In this document: positions 8,824 through 12,368 of the stretch, in pieces
Numbering within the stretch: the stretch's first letter is position 1
How the letters are laid out: each line of letters opens with the position of its first letter
Virus record (IMG/VR): IMGVR_UViG_2531839473_000005
Length of the DNA: 12,368 nucleotides
Origin: a virus
Lineage: Duplodnaviria; Heunggongvirae; Uroviricota; Caudoviricetes
Strand: one strand, 5' to 3'
Translations under genes and position numbers: made by a program
The notes under the pieces: generated by a model
The model's input: only the letters and a program-made list of their open reading frames with translations
Database searches by the model: none
What the model was told of the DNA's origin: nothing

Positions 8824-8889
8824 ACAACCAAGGTTTTATTCCATCAAACGAAAATGGTTGTTGACTAAAAACAACCATAGTTTTAATCT
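8824..8889 (+). promoter_or_regulatory. OR-like operator region with rightward PR-like promoter
   Basis: Palindrome ATGGTTGTT-gactaaa-AACAACCAT (8854-8878) containing -35 TTGACT (8861-8866); candidate -10 TTTAAT (8882-8887); second half-site pair ACAACC-aa-GGTTTT at 8824-8837; cro RBS ACGGAGG follows. Confidence 0.55.
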
Positions 8890-8916
8890 TGATTCAAATT
8901 AACCACGGAGGTTGTT

Positions 8917-9147
8917 ATGAACCCAGCTATCAAAACAGCGATCAATATCGTTGGTTCACAAAAGAAACTGGGCGCTGCTTGCGAAGTTTCACAGCAGGCC
9001 GTCTATAAGTGGCTTCACAACAAAGCAAAGGTATCCCCTGAACATGTCGGCAGCATTGTTACGGCTACTGGTGGAGTAGTGAAGGCATACCAGATTCGCC
9101 CGGATCTTCCGAAGTTGTTTCCACACACCGAAAAGAACGCAGCTTAA
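8917..9147 (+). CDS. Cro/YdaS-like HTH regulator, 76 aa
   Basis: Divergent from the repressor across the operator; HTH segment LGAACEVSQQAVYKWL; size and position typical of Cro. Confidence 0.75.
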   Translation: MNPAIKTAINIVGSQKKLGAACEVSQQAVYKWLHNKAKVSPEHVGSIVTATGGVVKAYQIRPDLPKLFPHTEKNAA

Positions 9148-9216
9148 ATTTCCATTTCACGCTCTTTAACAATAAGCAATCAACTTAACAGTCAATTCAA
9201 ACTAAAGGAGTCAATT

Positions 9217-9756
9217 ATGCAACCACTTACATACCAACAGACTAGCGGATTTAGCCCGACTGCGGTGATAAATCGTTCTCAAACAAAACAGGTGCCAGGC
9301 CACGAAAAAATCCGTGATGCCGTCCGCGCCTGGTCGGCTGTAGATAATCAGGATGTCGTTGCCACACTCATTGTGAATGAGTATCGGGAGCAGGGCGGCG
9401 GCACCATCGATTTCCCTGATGATGTCAGCCGTGCACGCCAGAAGCTGTTCCGCTTCCTCGATAACAAATTCGATTCTGAAAAATACCGAAATAACGTGCG
9501 TGAACTGACCCCGGCAATTCTGGCGGTACTACCGCTGGAATATCGCGGTTACCTGGTTGAGCAGGATAGCTTCATGGCTAGGTTGGCTGAAATGGAAAAG
9601 GAACTCAGTGAGGCAAAACAGGCTGTCATTCTCAACGCACCACGCCACCAGAAACTGAAGGAAATTAGTGAAGGTATTGTGTCGATGTTTCGTGTGGACC
9701 CAGATCTGGCTGGTCCATTGATGGCGATGGTTACTACCATGCTGGGGGCGATATGA
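9217..9756 (+). CDS. YdaT-like protein occupying the cII position, 179 aa
   Basis: AAAGGAG RBS; motifs IVNEYREQGGG and LTPAILAVLPLEYRGYL resemble Rac YdaT as recalled (EYLRQGGG, LIPAILAILPRELR). Confidence 0.6.
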   Translation: MQPLTYQQTSGFSPTAVINRSQTKQVPGHEKIRDAVRAWSAVDNQDVVATLIVNEYREQGGGTIDFPDDVSRARQKLFRFLDNKFDSEKYRNNVRELTPAILAVLPLEYRGYLVEQDSFMARLAEMEKELSEAKQAVILNAPRHQKLKEISEGIVSMFRVDPDLAGPLMAMVTTMLGAI

Positions 9757-9842
9757 CAGGTTCAGAAATGGCGAAAGCCGGTCTGCTGGAACAGAACCGA
9801 CTTTCAGGTGCAAATCGTAACACACTCATTGCGGGAGGAATT

Positions 9843-10772
9843 ATGGCAAACACTGCTGAGATATTCAATTTTCCAGTGCCGGATGCGGCACAAAAGGAGC
9901 CGCGCGTGGCAGATCTCGATGATGGTTATACGCGCATTGCAAATGAGTTGCTGGAAGCTGTGATGCTGGCCGGATTAACACAGCACCAGCTTCTGGTCTT
10001 TCTGGCTGTCATGCGCAAAACATATGGCTTTAATAAAAAACTGGATTGGGTTAGCAACGAGCAACTTTCCGAATTAACCGGGATATTGCCGCACAAGTGT
10101 TCTGCTGCAAAAAGTGTTCTGGTAAAGCGTGGGATTTTTATTCAGAGCGGGCGGAATACCGGCATTAATAATGTGGTCAGTGAATGGTCAACATTACCCG
10201 AATCAGGTAAGAAAAATAAAGTTTACCTGAAAGAGGTAAATTTACCTGAATCAGGTAAAAAAAGTTTACCCAAATCAGGTAAAGGCGTTTACCCGAATCA
10301 GGTAAACACAAAAGACAAACTAACAAAAGACAATATAAAACCTTTTTCGTCCGAGAATTCTGGCGAATCCTCTGACCAACCAGAAAACGATCTTCCTGTG
10401 GTGAAACCGGATGCTGCAATTCAGAGCGGCAGCAAGTGGGGGACAGCAGAAGACCTGACCGCCGCAGAGTGGATGTTTGACATGGTGAAGACCATCGCGC
10501 CATCAGCCAGAAAACCGAATTTTGCAGGGTGGGCTAACGATATCCGCCTGATGCGTGAACGTGACGGACGTAACCACCGCGACATGTGCGTGCTGTTCCG
10601 CTGGGCATGCCAGGACAACTTCTGGTCCGGTAACGTGCTAAGTCCGGCCAAACTCCGCGACAAGTGGACCCAACTCGAAATCAACCGTAACAAGCAACAG
10701 GCAGGCGTGACAGCTAGCAAACCAAAACTCGACCTGACAAACACAGACTGGATTTACGGGGTGGATCTATGA
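9843..10772 (+). CDS. O: Lambda O-like replication initiator, 309 aa from this start
   Basis: MANTAEIFNF...VADLDDGYTRIANELLEA...KTYGFNK resembles the lambda O N-terminus as recalled; RBS GGGAGGA; iterons inside the gene; an alternative upstream start at 9753 exists. Confidence 0.85.
   Translation: MANTAEIFNFPVPDAAQKEPRVADLDDGYTRIANELLEAVMLAGLTQHQLLVFLAVMRKTYGFNKKLDWVSNEQLSELTGILPHKCSAAKSVLVKRGIFIQSGRNTGINNVVSEWSTLPESGKKNKVYLKEVNLPESGKKSLPKSGKGVYPNQVNTKDKLTKDNIKPFSSENSGESSDQPENDLPVVKPDAAIQSGSKWGTAEDLTAAEWMFDMVKTIAPSARKPNFAGWANDIRLMRERDGRNHRDMCVLFRWACQDNFWSGNVLSPAKLRDKWTQLEINRNKQQAGVTASKPKLDLTNTDWIYGVDL
10191..10345. repeat. Origin of replication: 4-5 iterons plus A/T-rich region inside the O gene
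   Basis: Repeats of TTACCCGAATCAGGTAAA-like units (TTACC...GGTAA palindromic) at about 10191-10309, followed by aaacacaaaagacaaactaacaaaagacaatataaaa; same architecture as ori-lambda. Confidence 0.7.
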
Positions 10773-11470
10773 AAAACATCGCCGCACAGATGATTAACTT
10801 TGACCGTGAGCAGATGCGTCGGATCGCCAACAACATGCCGGAACAGTACGACGAAAAGCCGCAGGTACAGCAGGTAGCGCAGATAATCAACGGTGTATTC
10901 AGCCAGTTACTGGCAACTTTCCCGGCGAGCCTGGCTAATCGTGACCAGAACGAACTGAACGAAATCCGCCGCCAGTGGGTTCTGGCTTTCCGGGAAAACG
11001 GGATCACCACGATGGAACAGGTGAGCGCCGGAATGCGTGTTGCCCGTCGGCAGAATAGACCATTTCTGCCATCACCCGGGCAGTTTGTTGCATGGTGCCG
11101 GGAAGAAGCATCCGTTACCGCCGGGCTGCCAAACGTCAGCGAGCTGGTTGATATGGTTTACGAGTATTGCCGGAAGCGTGGTCTGTATCCGGATGCAGAG
11201 TCTTATCCGTGGAAATCAAACGCGCACTACTGGCTGGTTACCAACCTGTATCAGAACATGCGGGCCAATGCGTTGACTGACGCGGAATTACGGCGCAAGG
11301 CTGCCGATGAACTGTCCTGTATGACCGCGCGAATTAACCGTGGTGAGGCGATACCTGAACCAGTAAAACAACTTCCTGTCATGGGCGGTAGACCTCTAAA
11401 TCGTGCACAGGCTCTGGCGAAGATCGCAGAAATCAAAGCTAAGTTCGGACTGAAAGGAGCAAGTGTATGA
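10769..11470 (+). CDS. P: Lambda P-like replication protein (DnaB helicase loader), 233 aa
   Basis: MKNIAAQMINFDREQMRRIANNMPEQYDEKPQVQQVAQIINGVFSQLLATFPASLANRDQNE... is near-identical to lambda P as recalled; ATGA overlap with the O stop. Confidence 0.9.
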   Translation: MKNIAAQMINFDREQMRRIANNMPEQYDEKPQVQQVAQIINGVFSQLLATFPASLANRDQNELNEIRRQWVLAFRENGITTMEQVSAGMRVARRQNRPFLPSPGQFVAWCREEASVTAGLPNVSELVDMVYEYCRKRGLYPDAESYPWKSNAHYWLVTNLYQNMRANALTDAELRRKAADELSCMTARINRGEAIPEPVKQLPVMGGRPLNRAQALAKIAEIKAKFGLKGASV

Positions 11471-11769
11471 CGGGCAAAGAGGCAATTATTCATTACCTGG
11501 GGACGCATAAGAGCTTCTGTGCACAGGACGTTGCCGCGGTAACAGGCGCAACCGTAACCAGCATAAATCAGGCTGCGGCTAAAATGGCGCGGGCAGGAAT
11601 CCTGGTCGTTGATGGTAAGGTCTGGCGAACGGTGTATTACCGGTTCGCTACCAGAGAAGAACGGGAAGGAAAGGTGAGCACGAATCTGATTTTTAAGGAG
11701 TGTCGCCAGAGTGCCGCGATGAAACGGGTACTGAGGGTATATAAAAGAACATCAATGGGAACACAATGA
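11467..11769 (+). CDS. ren: Ren-like protein, 100 aa
   Basis: MTGKEAIIHYLGTHKSFCAQDVAAVTGATVTSINQAAAKMARAGILVVDGKVWRTVYYRFATREEREGK resembles lambda Ren as recalled; ATGA overlap with the P stop. Confidence 0.8.
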   Translation: MTGKEAIIHYLGTHKSFCAQDVAAVTGATVTSINQAAAKMARAGILVVDGKVWRTVYYRFATREEREGKVSTNLIFKECRQSAAMKRVLRVYKRTSMGTQ

Positions 11770-11786
11770 TGAAACAGGTGAGTTGA

Positions 11787-11821
11787 GTTCAAACTGTAGT
11801 ACAATTCTCTCCAGTTTGAAC
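11787..11821. repeat. Perfect 10-bp inverted repeat with 15-bp spacer, immediately upstream of the emrE RBS
   Basis: GTTCAAACTG-tagtacaattctctc-CAGTTTGAAC; no U-tract after it, so not a canonical intrinsic terminator. Confidence 0.6.
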
Positions 11822-11836
11822 AGGAAAGAATATGCT

Positions 11837-11930
11837 ATGAACCCTTATATTTATCTTGGTGGTGCAATACTTGCAGAGGTCATTGGTACAACCTTAATGA
11901 AGTTTTCAGAAGGTTTTACACGGTTATGGC
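11837..11930 (+). pseudogene. emrE: SMR-family multidrug efflux gene emrE, truncated after codon 31 by IS2
   Basis: MNPYIYLGGAILAEVIGTTLMKFSEGFTRLW matches the EmrE N-terminus as recalled; RBS AGGAAAG; the IS2 IRL begins at 11931. Confidence 0.8.
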
Positions 11931-12368
11931 TAGACTGGCCCCCTGAATCTCCAGACAACCAGTATCACTTAAATAAGTGATAGTCTTAATACTAGTTTTT
12001 AGACTAGTCATTGGAGAACAGATGATTGATGTCTTAGGGCCGGAGAAACGCAGACGGCGTACCACACAGGAAAAGATCGCAATTGTTCAGCAGAGCTTTG
12101 AACCGGGGATGACGGTCTCCCTCGTTGCCCGGCAACATGGTGTAGCAGCCAGCCAGTTATTTCTCTGGCGTAAGCAATACCAGGAAGGAAGTCTTACTGC
12201 TGTCGCCGCCGGAGAACAGGTTGTTCCTGCCTCTGAACTTGCTGCCGCCATGAAGCAGATTAAAGAACTCCAGCGCCTGCTCGGCAAGAAAACGATGGAA
12301 AATGAACTCCTCAAAGAAGCCGTTGAATATGGACGGGCAAAAAAGTGGATAGCGCACGCGCCCTTATT
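11931..12368 (+). mobile_element. IS2 (IS3 family), partial copy cut by window end; IRL tip at 11931 faces the window interior
   Basis: Begins TAGACTGGCCCCCTGAATCTCCAGACAACC; reverse complement of the left copy (1-484) over the shared length, with identical ORF translations. Confidence 0.9.
12022..12368 (+). CDS. insC: IS2 transposase OrfA (InsC), 3'-incomplete at window edge
   Basis: ATG at 12022 followed by [18 protein letters not shown]...; runs to the end of the window. Confidence 0.85.

Noticed and set aside
8813-8878. Longer repressor start at 8878 (251 aa)
   Set aside because: Would place the N-terminus across the operator/PR region; the internal Met at 8812 gives a typical repressor length, possibly translated from a short-leader mRNA.
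9753-9842. Longer O start at 9753 (ATGA overlap with the upstream stop)
   Set aside because: The lambda O N-terminus aligns with the Met at 9843, which has a strong GGGAGGA RBS; the longer form is possible but less likely.
10177-11010. Minus-strand ORFs 10177-10503, 10421-10744, 10714-11010
   Set aside because: Antisense to O and P; no signals.
11783-11980. 65-aa ORF MSSNCSTILSSLNRKEYAMNPYIY...
   Set aside because: Fusion artefact: upstream non-coding sequence plus emrE codons 1-31 read through into IS2; not a genuine protein.
1-12368. CRISPR arrays, rRNA genes or a dedicated defence operon
   Set aside because: No regularly spaced short repeats with unique spacers, no rRNA-like sequence and no large unexplained ORFs; the only tandem repeats are the ori iterons and operator half-sites.

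Overview
This window reads as an Escherichia coli chromosomal segment: the tail of the sfm fimbrial operon (sfmH', sfmF), fimZ and tRNA-Arg argU, followed by the left arm of a lambdoid prophage integrated at argU (the DLP12 position). The prophage arm runs int, xis, five small accessory genes, exo-bet-gam, one small ORF, a CI-type repressor, a Cro/YdaS-like gene, a YdaT-like gene, O with internal iteron origin, P, ren, then the emrE moron. The whole 11.4-kb segment is bracketed by two partial IS2 copies in inverted orientation (1-484 and 11931-12368), each cut by the window edge; one interrupts sfmH and the other interrupts emrE. Nothing here looks like a dedicated defence system. The most interesting points are the IS2 bracket, an early-left operon with no N-type antiterminator gene but a structured leader, and near-identical PL/PR promoter-operator cassettes. 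All protein identifications are from recalled sequence similarity and motifs, not from any database search.
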